A model generated the notes under the pieces. The model made no database searches and was not told the origin of the DNA. It saw only the letters and a program-made list of their open reading frames with translations. The translations under genes were made by a program, and so were the position numbers. Shown here in pieces: positions 7,601-18,086 of a DNA stretch of 64,000 nucleotides. Source of the stretch: Tubiluchus corallicola (lineage: Eukaryota > Animalia > Priapulida); the NCBI GenBank assembly GCA_030141605.1, contig JAQGDQ010000050.1:11971-75970 (forward strand), read 5' to 3'. How positions within the stretch are numbered: position 1 is the first letter of the stretch; each line of letters starts with the position of its first letter.

Positions 7601-10524
7601 TGCTCTCAGGTACAGTGAGTCATCATCTCAAACAAAAAGAAACAGAATTTCCTGTAGTTAAACAAATTTTGCGCGACATTTATGTCGACAACTTTATTTC
7701 AGGAACTTCCACTCTAGATGAAGCCAAAGTTCTTTACAGTCAGAGTAAACTATTATTTTCGTCGGCAGGCTTCAACCTTAGAGAATGGGGGTCGAATGAC
7801 GCAGATTTTTTGCGTAGTATTTCAGTCGAAGACTGTATAAAATCAAGTGTTGTCAAAGTTTTAGGTATCACTTGGGACTTAAAAAATGACACTTTATCTA
7901 TTGCAAAGGTAGACCCTGATCGATTGTTACAGGCTAATACAAAGAGACAGGTATTGAAAGCCTTAGCAAGCCTTTTTGATCCGTTGGGCGTCGCAAGCAT
8001 TATAACAGTTAATGCAAAGTTGTTTTTGGCATCTTTGTGGAAAGAAAAACTAGATTGGGATGAACCCCTTTCTGAATCGCACTCAAAACGCTGGTGTGAA
8101 ATTGCCTTAACGCTGCTTTCAATATTCGATTTGCACCTTCCAAGGTGTATTAGCGCATGTGAGTCTAACGCAGTATTTCAGTTAGTATGTTTCACAGATG
8201 CTTCTGAATCTGCTTACTGCGCAGTGGTTTATTTAAGAGAGACTAACACGGAATCTGATTTTTGTGCTGTCAACTTAATTTTTGCTAAAACGCGCCTTGC
8301 AGGAAAAAATATTTCGATTCCTAGATTAGAACTGCTTGCTGTTTTGATTGGCGTGAGAGCTTTAAATTTTGTAGAAACCCAGCTACATGTGAACATAACC
8401 AGGCGTATAATATTTACGGATTCGTTATGCGTACTTTATTGGTTGCAAACTCCTAAACAGTTGTCGGTGTTCGTCGAAAATCGAATTTGTGAGATTCGAA
8501 AGCAGGTTCACACTCAGTTTCGATACGTTCCATCTCAATCGAACCCTGCGGATGGCGCAACTAGGTCAGGTGTCAGTAAAATAGATTCGTTCTGGCTACA
8601 CGGTCCGCACTTTCTCAAAGAAAATGAAAGTAACTGGCCTGAGAGCCAGTTGCCACCTCTAGAAGCTGAACGATTGACAGATGTAAATAGCGAACTAAGA
8701 AAAGGCAGTAGCATACTTTATGAGACGCAGTTTTTAACACTCGATCAGTCCAGTCGAATTCATGATCTGTCTATGTTTGATATGAACCGATTTTCTAGCC
8801 TAAACAGGCTGTTAAACACTACTAGCTGGGTGTATCGAGCTGTAAAGCGTTTTAAAGGGGAAAGGTGTACTATGGGCCCTATTACTGCAAATGAACGCTC
8901 CTATGCTAAGTTAAACTGGATAAAACACGTCCAAAGACAAACATATGTTGATAACGAAGGACGTGCACTAGCGGTTAACCCAGCACTACAACAGCTAAAT
9001 CTTGCATTAGATGAACAAGGCATTATCAGATGCTTAGGTAGGTTACAAAATGCTAATCTCACACAAGGCACGTCTAGGCCCATTCTCTTACCTAAAAACA
9101 ATCAGTTTACAGTTCTGTTGGTAGAACATGTACACAAACTAAACCTTCATGTCGGCGTATCGCAGACCTTAGCATTATTACGTAAAGAGTTTTGGGTTCC
9201 TTCTGGGAGGGAACTGGTCAAGAAAACTTTAAATAAGTGCCGTACTTGTCGGAAAATGGAAGGTGGAGCCTATAAGTTACCACCAATGCCAGAATTACCT
9301 CCAGAAAGAGTCCAAGAATCTAATCCCTTTACACACGTAGGCCTCGATTACATGGGCCCCCTTACAGTCAAATATTGTATACCTGGGAGTTGTGAACCAT
9401 TTTACAAAAAAGCGTATGTGTGCCTATTCACCTGTTTAGCAGTGAGAGCGGTACATTTAGAACTCGTCACGGACTTGTCTACTGAAACGTTTATTATGTG
9501 TCTGAGACGTTTTATAGGTCGCCGAGGTGTACCCGAAACTATAATATCAGATAATGCGCCGCAGTTTCATCTTGCTAAGCAGACGTTGGATTTGATATTT
9601 CAAAGGGTTTTCAATTCTTGTTCTGTGCAACAATACATAGCACAAACTGGTATTAATTGGCATTTTATCATTCAGCTTTCGCCTTGGATGGGCGCGGTTT
9701 ACGAGCGTTTAATGAGCCTTATTAAACGTTCTCTACGCAAAACAATTGGTAGTAGGGCTCTTTATCAGTGTCAGTTGAGTACTTTGCTCGTTGAAATTGA
9801 AAGTTTAATCAACAACCGTCCTATTACATACATTGAGTCAGACATAGATTCTAGCTTGGTTTTAACTCCAAGTCATTTCTTGAGCTTGCGCACTTTAAAT
9901 TATGTGCCAGTGTACAGTAAATCCGAATCAGATCCCGATTATACTCCCAACAGGTACAATCTTTCTGGTGAACGTCTTTTCGAAATGTGGAAGAAAGGTG
10001 TTAGTTATTTAGATTCTTTTTGGAAAATTTGGCGTAATGAGTATTTGCTTAGCCTCCAAGAAAGAACGGAGCGCCAAGTACGCCAAAAACGCGTTAAGTC
10101 GAAATTTGAGCCTCATGTAGGCGATGTAGTACTGATTGAAGATTCACTTCCCCGTGGTCAGTGGAAAGTGGGGAAAGTTGTTAATCTCATTATTAGTAAG
10201 GACAGTAAAATCAGAGCTGCTAAAGTTCGTACTAGTAATGGTAATATTCTGACTCGTTCTTTGAGTCAATTGTTTCCTGTTGAGTGTCCTAGGTCAGTTG
10301 ATGCAAGTGCAGGTGAAAAAGGCACTTGTCCTGCACAGCATCAGCACATTGATCCCTTGCACAAACCTATTGAGTGCCCTAGGTCAGTTGATGCAAGTGC
10401 AGATGAAAAAGGTACTTGTCCTGCACAGCATCAGCACATTGAACCCTCGCACAAAATTTTACCCAAACGTGCTGCTGCATTAAATGCTTGTGCAAAAATT
10501 AAACAACAGGCAACACGTTTATAA
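4603..10524 (+). CDS. Bel/Pao gag-pol polyprotein (DUF1759 gag, zinc knuckles, protease, RT, RNase H, integrase); first ATG at 4627
   Basis: KLPKFELKSFSG..EWREFWD, three CCHC-type knuckles, YLDCGSQSSYI, SDIEKAF/YVDNF, FTDASESAY, IPRLEL, H..H..C..C, GLDYMGP, SDNAPQF, PWMGAVYERL, LPRGQWKVGKV. Uninterrupted 1973 aa. Confidence 0.97.
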   Translation: MTLLRWFVMPNKDQMPDGSIPASARDLGYIKQARTKARKSLQEEIELANELVSRDESTIGDISNYLQRVKMCKHTLQNRLAKLEDLTLKFSERGMTAEADEATIKAADQYLEEDNEFLGTVSQVTFLLDECITKFSVKNVKRDLTDEFHTVSEIPHSRAVDKKPTVVHAAASASQFTDNDSPVAPPRRKRNTSLAPITLPSSNLVQSRSYVKLPKFELKSFSGQILEWREFWDAFKTMVHDHPDLENIQKFQYLKSKLTGPALSAVEGFSLSNENYLQALDVLRSRFGKEQSIINVHYKALAHLEKSGENAKSLRKFQDSLELHLRSLEAVGECVDSRVIIPLVLEKLPRSVVQQMRITMDPDSAWSVSDIRQRLNRHIYTLEAVENETAASSFQQPFSKANERFPKKFVSASRHETVLGASDKQSSAHTPQRKNVSAHSDYPARNCIFCKGPHWADQCGNFATARERKRLLKNRCFICLRENHQAHQCRSGRSCYFCHKNTHHRSLCTEQFPDKNREATLACSPSLSLYSSNEQVVMQTALVRVSHPVSHKTITIRAYLDCGSQSSYISARLANLLNVPKGTSEVLQVATFASKNVRQISCYPANIGLHTRDGRVLNMTLRVIPEISLKTKREALPHSLINKLYKRFGYDLADSFPTHVAESSIDFLIGNDYYLSLLEPQKFQVGPDLFLFGSKIGLILGGFLNRKPSSNVDKSRVSGFLCIQPGLNTHGLNLEYEQEKFEHCSITERAFSCLDSDSSFTCVKQDFDTNFALERFWDLESLGIRESPSRTQDAQDDVALDLFNKSIKFEDGRYNVSWPWRQNKQALPDNYHIAVSRLNSCLKRLRKQPGILAKYDQVINEQLEKGIVEVVSPESPEGPIKHYIPHHCIVTPEKSTKLRIVYNASCKANKNSPSLNECLYRGPLLLPDLCGLLLRFRLHLIGIVSDIEKAFLNVGLNYEDRDVTRFLWVKNVSKPPSDPGNLQIFRFCRVIFGAISSPFLLSGTVSHHLKQKETEFPVVKQILRDIYVDNFISGTSTLDEAKVLYSQSKLLFSSAGFNLREWGSNDADFLRSISVEDCIKSSVVKVLGITWDLKNDTLSIAKVDPDRLLQANTKRQVLKALASLFDPLGVASIITVNAKLFLASLWKEKLDWDEPLSESHSKRWCEIALTLLSIFDLHLPRCISACESNAVFQLVCFTDASESAYCAVVYLRETNTESDFCAVNLIFAKTRLAGKNISIPRLELLAVLIGVRALNFVETQLHVNITRRIIFTDSLCVLYWLQTPKQLSVFVENRICEIRKQVHTQFRYVPSQSNPADGATRSGVSKIDSFWLHGPHFLKENESNWPESQLPPLEAERLTDVNSELRKGSSILYETQFLTLDQSSRIHDLSMFDMNRFSSLNRLLNTTSWVYRAVKRFKGERCTMGPITANERSYAKLNWIKHVQRQTYVDNEGRALAVNPALQQLNLALDEQGIIRCLGRLQNANLTQGTSRPILLPKNNQFTVLLVEHVHKLNLHVGVSQTLALLRKEFWVPSGRELVKKTLNKCRTCRKMEGGAYKLPPMPELPPERVQESNPFTHVGLDYMGPLTVKYCIPGSCEPFYKKAYVCLFTCLAVRAVHLELVTDLSTETFIMCLRRFIGRRGVPETIISDNAPQFHLAKQTLDLIFQRVFNSCSVQQYIAQTGINWHFIIQLSPWMGAVYERLMSLIKRSLRKTIGSRALYQCQLSTLLVEIESLINNRPITYIESDIDSSLVLTPSHFLSLRTLNYVPVYSKSESDPDYTPNRYNLSGERLFEMWKKGVSYLDSFWKIWRNEYLLSLQERTERQVRQKRVKSKFEPHVGDVVLIEDSLPRGQWKVGKVVNLIISKDSKIRAAKVRTSNGNILTRSLSQLFPVECPRSVDASAGEKGTCPAQHQHIDPLHKPIECPRSVDASADEKGTCPAQHQHIEPSHKILPKRAAALNACAKIKQQATRL
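10276..10455 (+). repeat. 90-bp in-frame tandem duplication at the pol C-terminus
   Basis: P(V/I)ECPRSVDASA(G/D)EKGTCPAQHQHI occurs twice. Confidence 0.9.
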
Positions 10525-10977
10525 ATTTGTCAAACCGTTTGATGTGATTGTGCAAATGTATAATAAGATTTTCATTACTATATGTTCAAATTTGCAATGT
10601 ACCAATGTGCTATCTACATAGTTGTGACCTTTATTTCATTGTTTAATTTTGTATGACAAACAAGAGGTACTTAACATGCAAAAATTGCATAGATTTAAAG
10701 TTAAGACCCAGATAGCTATTGTTGGAATTTTCTAACAAAATTGTTCTTATAGATCCATTGTTGTTATGCTCACGTAATTGTTATTGTATAATGATTGTTA
10801 GTTTTTTTCCAAATTGTTTTCCTGAGTGCTTGAGTGTATTAGATTTGGCCAATTTGATGTGTATTATGTATTGTATCTTTGTGCATTGTTTTTGATTCTG
10901 CATTGTAAGAAAATTTTTGGTGAGAGCCTGCGGTTTATGTGTCTTGGTAATACTTTCTTGTCTTTTTTCTGGGGGAG

Positions 10978-11199
10978 TGTCGTGAAGTTTGGGCTTCACG
11001 ATTCGCCCCCCAGAGAGAAGCCATTGAATTGAATTGATTTTACGTGTAACTGTAGAAAAGAAGTTAGGCAGTTGTTGAGTTGGTATGAAAGGGCAAACTA
11101 GCATATTGCGTTCGGAAAAAAAAGAATAAAGTTTACCGTTACGACGGTGGTAAAAATTCTCGTCTTTTCGTTTTATTTGTTACAAAAGTCACCACGACA
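10978..11199 (+). repeat. Pao-1 3' LTR
   Basis: Follows PPT GGGGGAG and matches 4070-4291. Confidence 0.95.
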
Positions 11200-12508
11200 G
11201 CATTTTTATGCGATGGGGTTAGGTCCTCTACAAGTGGTTATGGCTTTTAAAATGGCTGTATTAAATGGTTCTTGTTCGAGTGCAGGAGTGGTCCTGGGAT
11301 CATGGGCCCTGGGATGGGTTCTCTCCTCAACGACAAACTCCATCCAAACATTACTTTCTGAAACAACAGTTTTAAATAATAACTCGGATGATAGATACGT
11401 TTTCTCTGGTGAACATCCTGGCAAACATTTTGGGATGATTAATGAATATCACAAGAAGCTTGTTCAGCTAACAAGTGGGGAAGACCAAGACCAAAAAAAG
11501 ACCGGAGAACCAAGTTCTGGAGATGCATTGAACAATCTACCCCATCTCAGAACAGACCCCAAACAAAGATATGCCAACGTTCTTACACATGACGTCATCG
11601 AATTCTGGGACAGCCTGGAGACCTATTTTGAAACAGCAACAAGCGAAAATTGTGCCCAGGAGCTGGACTCACTTTGGTTTTTAGTAATGATACTGACGAG
11701 AGCCGCAGGAAAGTCGAGACCGGTAATTAAGAAAGTGTTTAGTCAAGAGATAGAAAACTCCATGGACGCAGTTATGGACAATTTTAGACCTATAGGACTC
11801 AAGGTCGGAGAATGCCTTTATAATCCACTCTACAAGGCTTTCTCAAAACCTGAAAATTGTGCCCAGGCCCTGATAACGTTAGGTCTTTGCGTTCAGACTG
11901 AAAACATAATAGGAAAGGGAGAAAAAGAGCTGTACAAGTACGTAAATTTTGCCGTTATGTGGCATCTAACTTGGGCATCTTTGATCCTGCCACAACTTTT
12001 GGCAACAAAGCTTGACCAAAACAGTCTAGTAAGCAAAATAGGATGCTCTTGGACTCTTGAAGAGCTGAAAAGACTTGAACTGTTCTGGCAACAATACCTG
12101 GGAGAAGAAGACAAATCGTATTTATATGCAAAGATCTTCAATCAAAATTCGTTTACGAACATAAGTGCCGCAAACAATCCCGTATTGACCACAGTGCTAC
12201 TTCACATCATTGCAGATGACGCAAATCCAAATGACCCAGGTGCTAGCATTTGGAACTATACAAAACCTGAAGTTTCTCCTACAGTAGAGGAGTTTGCCAA
12301 GCAACTCGGAAGGATTGTTCGGAGAGATGCAGCCACCTCATCCCAGAATGAGGGATCATTATCGGTAGTTGAGGCCATGAGCAACATAACATTCCATGAC
12401 GCGAGTCAACAACGAGTTCCAACTATGCAAAAATCAATAGGAGAAAGGTCAGAGTCAGAAGAGGAGGAAGAATATGACCGGAAACACAACAAATTATTTT
12501 TCGAATAA
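11147..12508 (+). CDS. EVE: mononegavirus (rhabdo-like) nucleoprotein, open frame reaching back into the Pao-1 LTR; viral part from ~11330
   Basis: SYLYAKIFNQNSFTNISAANNPVLTTVL resembles the conserved YA(R/K)..(D/N)..F..L...N.P.L region of rhabdo-like N. Acidic C-tail (SESEEEEEY), intronless, open for 453 codons. Confidence 0.7.
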   Translation: MVKILVFSFYLLQKSPRQHFYAMGLGPLQVVMAFKMAVLNGSCSSAGVVLGSWALGWVLSSTTNSIQTLLSETTVLNNNSDDRYVFSGEHPGKHFGMINEYHKKLVQLTSGEDQDQKKTGEPSSGDALNNLPHLRTDPKQRYANVLTHDVIEFWDSLETYFETATSENCAQELDSLWFLVMILTRAAGKSRPVIKKVFSQEIENSMDAVMDNFRPIGLKVGECLYNPLYKAFSKPENCAQALITLGLCVQTENIIGKGEKELYKYVNFAVMWHLTWASLILPQLLATKLDQNSLVSKIGCSWTLEELKRLELFWQQYLGEEDKSYLYAKIFNQNSFTNISAANNPVLTTVLLHIIADDANPNDPGASIWNYTKPEVSPTVEEFAKQLGRIVRRDAATSSQNEGSLSVVEAMSNITFHDASQQRVPTMQKSIGERSESEEEEEYDRKHNKLFFE

Positions 12509-12831
12509 ATTTATAAATATATAAAAATGTCGAGTGTGTGTAATAAGCTGGACAAAGAGACTAATGTTACATTTCAATTGCATCTCAAAAAAAACTTGTG
12601 TAGAATTTTTGAATGTGTAATCACAGTATGATTTAAATCGATCTATGATGTTAAATCGATCAATGATGTGCTTATTTTAATGTGTGCTACTATATATTTT
12701 GTAACACTTTATATATATTTAAATCAAACTGATATATATTTTGAACTGATATGCTACTTAGATATTTTGAACATATCATCACTTGTTGAAGTCTATACAT
12801 AACTGCTGCTATAAATGGTATTATTTGCTTC

Positions 12832-12932
12832 AACACGTATAATATTTTAACATGTGTAATATTTCAACACGTATAATATTTTAACACGTATAATATTTCA
12901 ATGCGTATAATATTTTAACACATATAATATTT
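12832..12932. repeat. ~17-bp AT-rich tandem repeat
   Basis: AACACGTATAATATTTT-like units, about 6 copies. Confidence 0.8.
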
Positions 12933-13160
12933 TGGAATTTATAATCTTTTAATATAATCAATATTTTGAGATTGGCATACCAACGCCAACTTATTCATAT
13001 ATACATTCAGATGTGTATAATACGCTTTAGTTTAGAGAGTGTAACGTATTCGTGACTGAATTATAACATTGTATTCTGTGTTCTGTGTATTTAAATGTAT
13101 ACGATCACCATACTAGCTATTGAATGTTTATGCCGAATATTTAATTCTGGCAACGTAAAA

Positions 13161-13545
13161 TGTTATGTGATCAACTGTATAACACATATGGACATAAATT
13201 AGGCAGCCCCAAGATGATAAATTCTTTATTAGGAAGGGAAAAGTAAAGAGGACCTATTGAATCATGTCAAAAGCGTTAGATTATGCCGGAATGAAGCCAG
13301 TTAAGGAGTGGTGTCACGTGAACAAGTGACTCAGAACCGAAGCGTAGGTGTCGAAGCTCGACGCACGATATATAAGCCGTGTGATGCGCCCAGCTCAGGG
13401 TATTGAGTTTGGGAGCTGAAGGAGAGCAGACTAGATCAGGGGGCTTGGCATTACTATCTGTTATATTTATTGTGTTTGATGTTCAATAAACGTGTAGTTT
13501 TATAATCTGACTCTTCATAGTCTTGCCATCCCTAAAACACCAACA
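13161..13545 (+). mobile_element. Probable solo-LTR-like interspersed repeat
   Basis: TGTTATG...CAACA ends, TATATAA then AATAAA. ~13242-13420 is homologous to the reverse complement of ~56460-56668. No TSD seen. Confidence 0.55.
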
Positions 13546-14479
13546 ATCAGCTATACACAACCAATATAACGAATTATTTTACTAATACATACTGCTAAAG
13601 TATTAAGTTGTGATTACGTAGCGAGAGTGACTACGTTGCCGTCTTACTGAAGTACAGTAACTTTGTTGCGACGTTTAAGTGAAATTAAGATACTTATCTG
13701 CTTAACTGCAAATTATGTAAACTTTTTGTTTGTCAGGAGGAGTGTCGAGAATTTAAATTCCGCTTTATTCATATGGGCTTCAATACAGTTCAGACCTTTA
13801 ACTAAGTCAATTTCTAGAGAAAGATATGATTAGTTTACGGTACGACTTCTTCCTATACACAATAAAGAATACAGCTTGCAAATTTCTTTTCTTTCTACGT
13901 ATGTCTGTACAGGTTGGGTATAACCACAGTGCAGTTCGTGATAACGGAACAACATGATAATGTCATCATAAGAAGGGGCGCAAAGGACTGGAGGAGATTG
14001 CTCAGATCCATTAGTCGTCGCCCTTATGATCCCGGAGGGAATTGGGGTCATGATGCTGATATTAATGCTTCAGGAGGCTGGCCAGGAGATGCAAAGATCT
14101 AACCACACATTGGCTCATAAATAGCTAATTGAAAGAAGATTTCTTTAAATATTATCTGTATGAAAGACATGTGTAGTGAGATAACTATTAATAGATGTTA
14201 CACCGATTTAATTTGAATATATAATCAATATCTTTGGCTTCACAGAATAATCTCAATTTCACAATTAGCATTTCCAAAAATATTTTTTTTATTTTTATTT
14301 CTAAAATGACTTCAAGTACCATACAAACTGAGCCATATAGCCTGACTGCACACTGACTATTTTGTTGTGCCAGAGGTGCAGACAGCTAAGGTCTCATCTA
14401 ATTATTTGGATGCGTTATGAAACAGCCTGTATCTTGTACCTAATGAAAGTATGGCTGCTCAAGTCTTACATTGCGAATG

Positions 14480-14757
14480 TACTGGGTGTCCATAAATTCT
14501 GGGTACATGGGGGATTTTACTATTTATTTATTTGTTTTTATTTTTTCTCTTCAGAAAGAAAATGGCTTTGTCTAAGGAAGAAAGAATAAATTTGGTACTC
14601 TTAAGTGGACGAGAAGGATGGTCTTATCATAAAATTGCGGAAGAATTTAACCTTCGGCACCCTAATCGTCAACCTATTTATTTTACTGCCGTCGGGAAAT
14701 TGGTCAAGAAGTTTAAAGAAACAGGCAGTGTCTTGGACAAACCTCGTTCTGGACGCG
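14480..14757 (+). mobile_element. Truncated Tc1/mariner DNA transposon (left end plus HTH N-terminus)
   Basis: TA-CTGGGTGTCC end. ATG 14562 reads MALSKEERINLVLL...KLVKKFKETGSVLDKPRSGR, a typical Tc1/mariner paired HTH. Confidence 0.8.
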
Positions 14758-16889
14758 ACTTACATTGCGAATATAGAGAATTTGGTGCTAAAGATTGTGC
14801 TCGATAATTGATGCTCTATATTCATGATTTGGCACAACAGGTCAATCACTGGAACTTAGCAATTGCCAACTAGTGGCTGGTCATATCTCCTCAAGACGAA
14901 GTGAACTTTCAGGCGTCTAGTGAATGAGGCTATTGCAAAAAACACCTTTTGCCCAACGGTAAGGTACGTGACCATTGTCATCTGACGGGAAAATTTCGAT
15001 GCGCGGCTTGAATGCAAAAATGCGTGCATATAACAACATTTTGCACGTTGTTATTCACAACTTTCGATCTTACGATTCATATTTTATCATGTAACATGGC
15101 ATCAGCGAAAGTTCTAAAATTGGCGTGATCGCACAAAGTTCAGAAAAATATCTAACACTGAGATGGTCATTCGATGCTCACATACAAACTCTCATAGTTT
15201 GTGTGAAATTGAGACTACAGTAAGAAAACTTCCCGGTACTGGTTAAAATATATTGGTTAAAAGACAAGATAACTTGTGTTACAAGTATGGCACTTTGTTT
15301 TTCGACGAGGAAAAGCAACAGGGTGTCAAACAAAAGCTTGCTGAAAATGTTGAACGTATAGCTCGAGTCAAGATTCATTTAAAACAGACTCAAGCTATTG
15401 ACAGACATTATGACAATTATTTGAAAAAACAAGAAGTGAGTCAACAAAAACAGAAGAAACAACAAAAACAAAAAACAAGGGCTGGAGTGAGTCAGATTTC
15501 TTTGCGTGAAATTAGTTTTTTTTTCGTTAAAAAATTCACGTAAAAAGATTTTAGTTAGCCCCAGATACTGTAATATGGACTCTACACAAGACTAGAAAGG
15601 GTAAGTAAGTTTATTTACTTAGACGTATTGTTATAGCTTAGATGTGTTATAATTAGGTCCGCTGGACAAAATTGTAGAGCGTGCCACCATAGGTACAAGC
15701 GTGCTCATTTGATAGTGCTATAAGCACATATTAAAAACATATTTAAAGTAATAAATTTGTTCTGAAGTGACGGACAGTTAAGATTGAGAAAAAACGCTCA
15801 CGTTTTAGGACATATATGAGTAACAAAAAAGTTCGATTTGCGCAAAAAATAAAAATTGTACTTTTTGTATTTCCAAATACAGATTTCAATATGTTAGTGT
15901 TGCTAAATGGAGTGCATCACAGTAAACCTTACCGTTATCATAGGCGCCGCCAGAATTTAAAAAATGTGACGCACAAGCAGCTAGAGCCCGTCTGGTGGAG
16001 CGCTGTAAGCTCCACCAATGCATTTCCTGTATTTAAGCACATTTTGAAGGCCTCAAATGAGATCTAAATTCTGGTACATAGACGTCGTCAAACATGAAAA
16101 ATTCTGCTTAATAAAAATATTTTACCTCCATTTACCTAGGTAATATTCATTGTATTCTATTGTAGTAGTCATATATCTTGAAAGCAAGTTCTATTACACT
16201 GCTGCAGATTACCTATTACTTAAACGTATTTTATTTAGTGTCAAGATCATTTACCCAGCAAAATTTAGATAGTCAAACATAAAACTGATTTGAGTCTGTT
16301 AAGTTTACAGTCTACGCACTTGAGTATGCACATTTAAACACAATGTTTGTGCATGCTTAAACAGTTAATTAAATTAAAGGCAATAACACAAATCTTCCCA
16401 TGTCTAGGATTGCTTTTGGTGACTGTGTACATAAAAAATAATTATGTACTTTGTTGATTGTACAATTCAGTTTACACATAATAGAATACGTACACTGGTT
16501 TGTTTGGGAGAAAAGCGAGGAGCAATACCAAAGTTCAAGAGTAAGAGAACTATTTCAACACTTTAAGTATTTAACAAAGAGCCTTTGTCATTTGTACAAT
16601 TCAGGTCGCACATTTTGAAACTATTACATAACTAACAGTATGAGAGCTCAGCAGATTGATGAACCTTATTTTAAACTGACAGTGCTGACAACAAGCCCGA
16701 TGATGTCATTAGTATTTCCAAAACTTTATAACAAAATTTATCAAAGCTAATCATCAATAGTGATATTTGCTTAATTTTTTTCTGTTATTTGTTTTTAGCG
16801 ATTTAATAGAAAACCTTTAAACTTGAATTGCTGTGAACCATAATGAGAATTTGTATTTTTGTTTCACCGATTTAATTAAAAAATATTAT

Positions 16890-18086
16890 TATATTTAATA
16901 TATATAAAATCTTTATTGCGGAAGTTATACCTATAACAGTCAAAGACAGTTGTAGGCAATAGTGTTAAATTAGAAAAACAAATTTATAAAAGTTAATTAA
17001 AAAAAAATAATTTTGCACGAGGTCCAGTTTGTTTAAATGATTTCTTGGTAGATTGATTAGTAGGTGACACCGTAAGTTAAATGAGGAAGGACCATGGTTT
17101 TGTAGAATAATAGTTTAGTTTTGATATTAAGATATTTGCCTTTTCTTGTTTGAGAAAAAAAGACCTTGTCCCATTTTTTGTACGATGCTATTAACTTGAT
17201 TGTCCCATTTTAATTTATTATTAATTTTCATACCTAGGAATTTGGTTTCTTTAGATTTACAAATTGTTTGATTAAGAACGTTAAGTGTTGAGTTATCAGT
17301 TTTACATCCTTCATTTGGGCTTAATATTAGAAATACTGTTTTTCAGGGTTCATTTGTAAGTGATGAAAATCCAGAATTGATTTCATTTCTTCTATGTTTT
17401 GTTTTAGTGTGTATACAGCTGTATTTGGGTCTGTGTTATTTGAAAATAGATTGGTATCATCTGCATATTGTGTCATGCTGCAGTTTTTTAGAATATTTGG
17501 AATATTGTTTACCTAAATAATAAATAACAGTGGCCCAAGAACTGTGCCTTGCTGTGCCCCATGTTTGATCGTACCCCATTCTGGACATACGTTGGTTTGA
17601 AGCTTTACTCGTTGTTGTCAAAAGCTTTGCTAAGGTCTAAAAAAGCTGTGGAAATATATTCATTATGATCTAATAGATCGCGCCAGTTTTCTGTCACGAA
17701 AATTATTGCATCAATTGTACTATGATTTTTTCTGAAACCTAATTGCTGTTTGTGTAGTATTTCTGTATTATCAAGGTATTAACATATTTGCTCGTACATA
17801 AATTTTTCAAATATGTTAGCGGCTCCATGAACTACTGATAGTTATTAGGATCCTCTACGTTTTTGTTTTTCGGCTTAGGTGTGACGTTTGCAGTTTTACA
17901 GGTATTTGAGAATTTAGAGCGCATTATCATTTAGTTATAAATATAGCATATGTGTTTTGCTATTATGCTGCCACTGATTTTAATTATTTTGGATGGTATG
18001 TCAAGTGGTCCTGAGCTTTTAGAATGTCTCATTAAATTTATGGTGTTTATGACCTGTAATGTTGTTACTGGCTCAAAATTGAATAT
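16890..18086 (-). pseudogene. Decayed non-LTR (CR1/L2-like) reverse transcriptase fragment
   Basis: The minus strand encodes FLDLSKAF, QQGTVLGP and QYADDT with stops and frameshifts. Confidence 0.8.

Larger units (their letters stand above)
4070..11199 (+). mobile_element. Intact Bel/Pao LTR retrotransposon (Pao-1)
   Basis: 222-bp LTRs at 4070-4291 and 10978-11199 (TGTCGTG...CACGACA), PBS at 4294, PPT at 10971-10977, single gag-pol ORF. Confidence 0.96.

Noticed and set aside
1-12508. Viral sequences as contamination
   Set aside because: These are RNA viruses with no DNA stage, and they are joined at base resolution to host retroelement sequence. Mis-assembly still needs read-level exclusion.
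14860-16100. Possible DNA-transposon or gene fragment (K/Q-rich 96-aa ORF)
   Set aside because: No TIRs, TSD or domain motif could be established.
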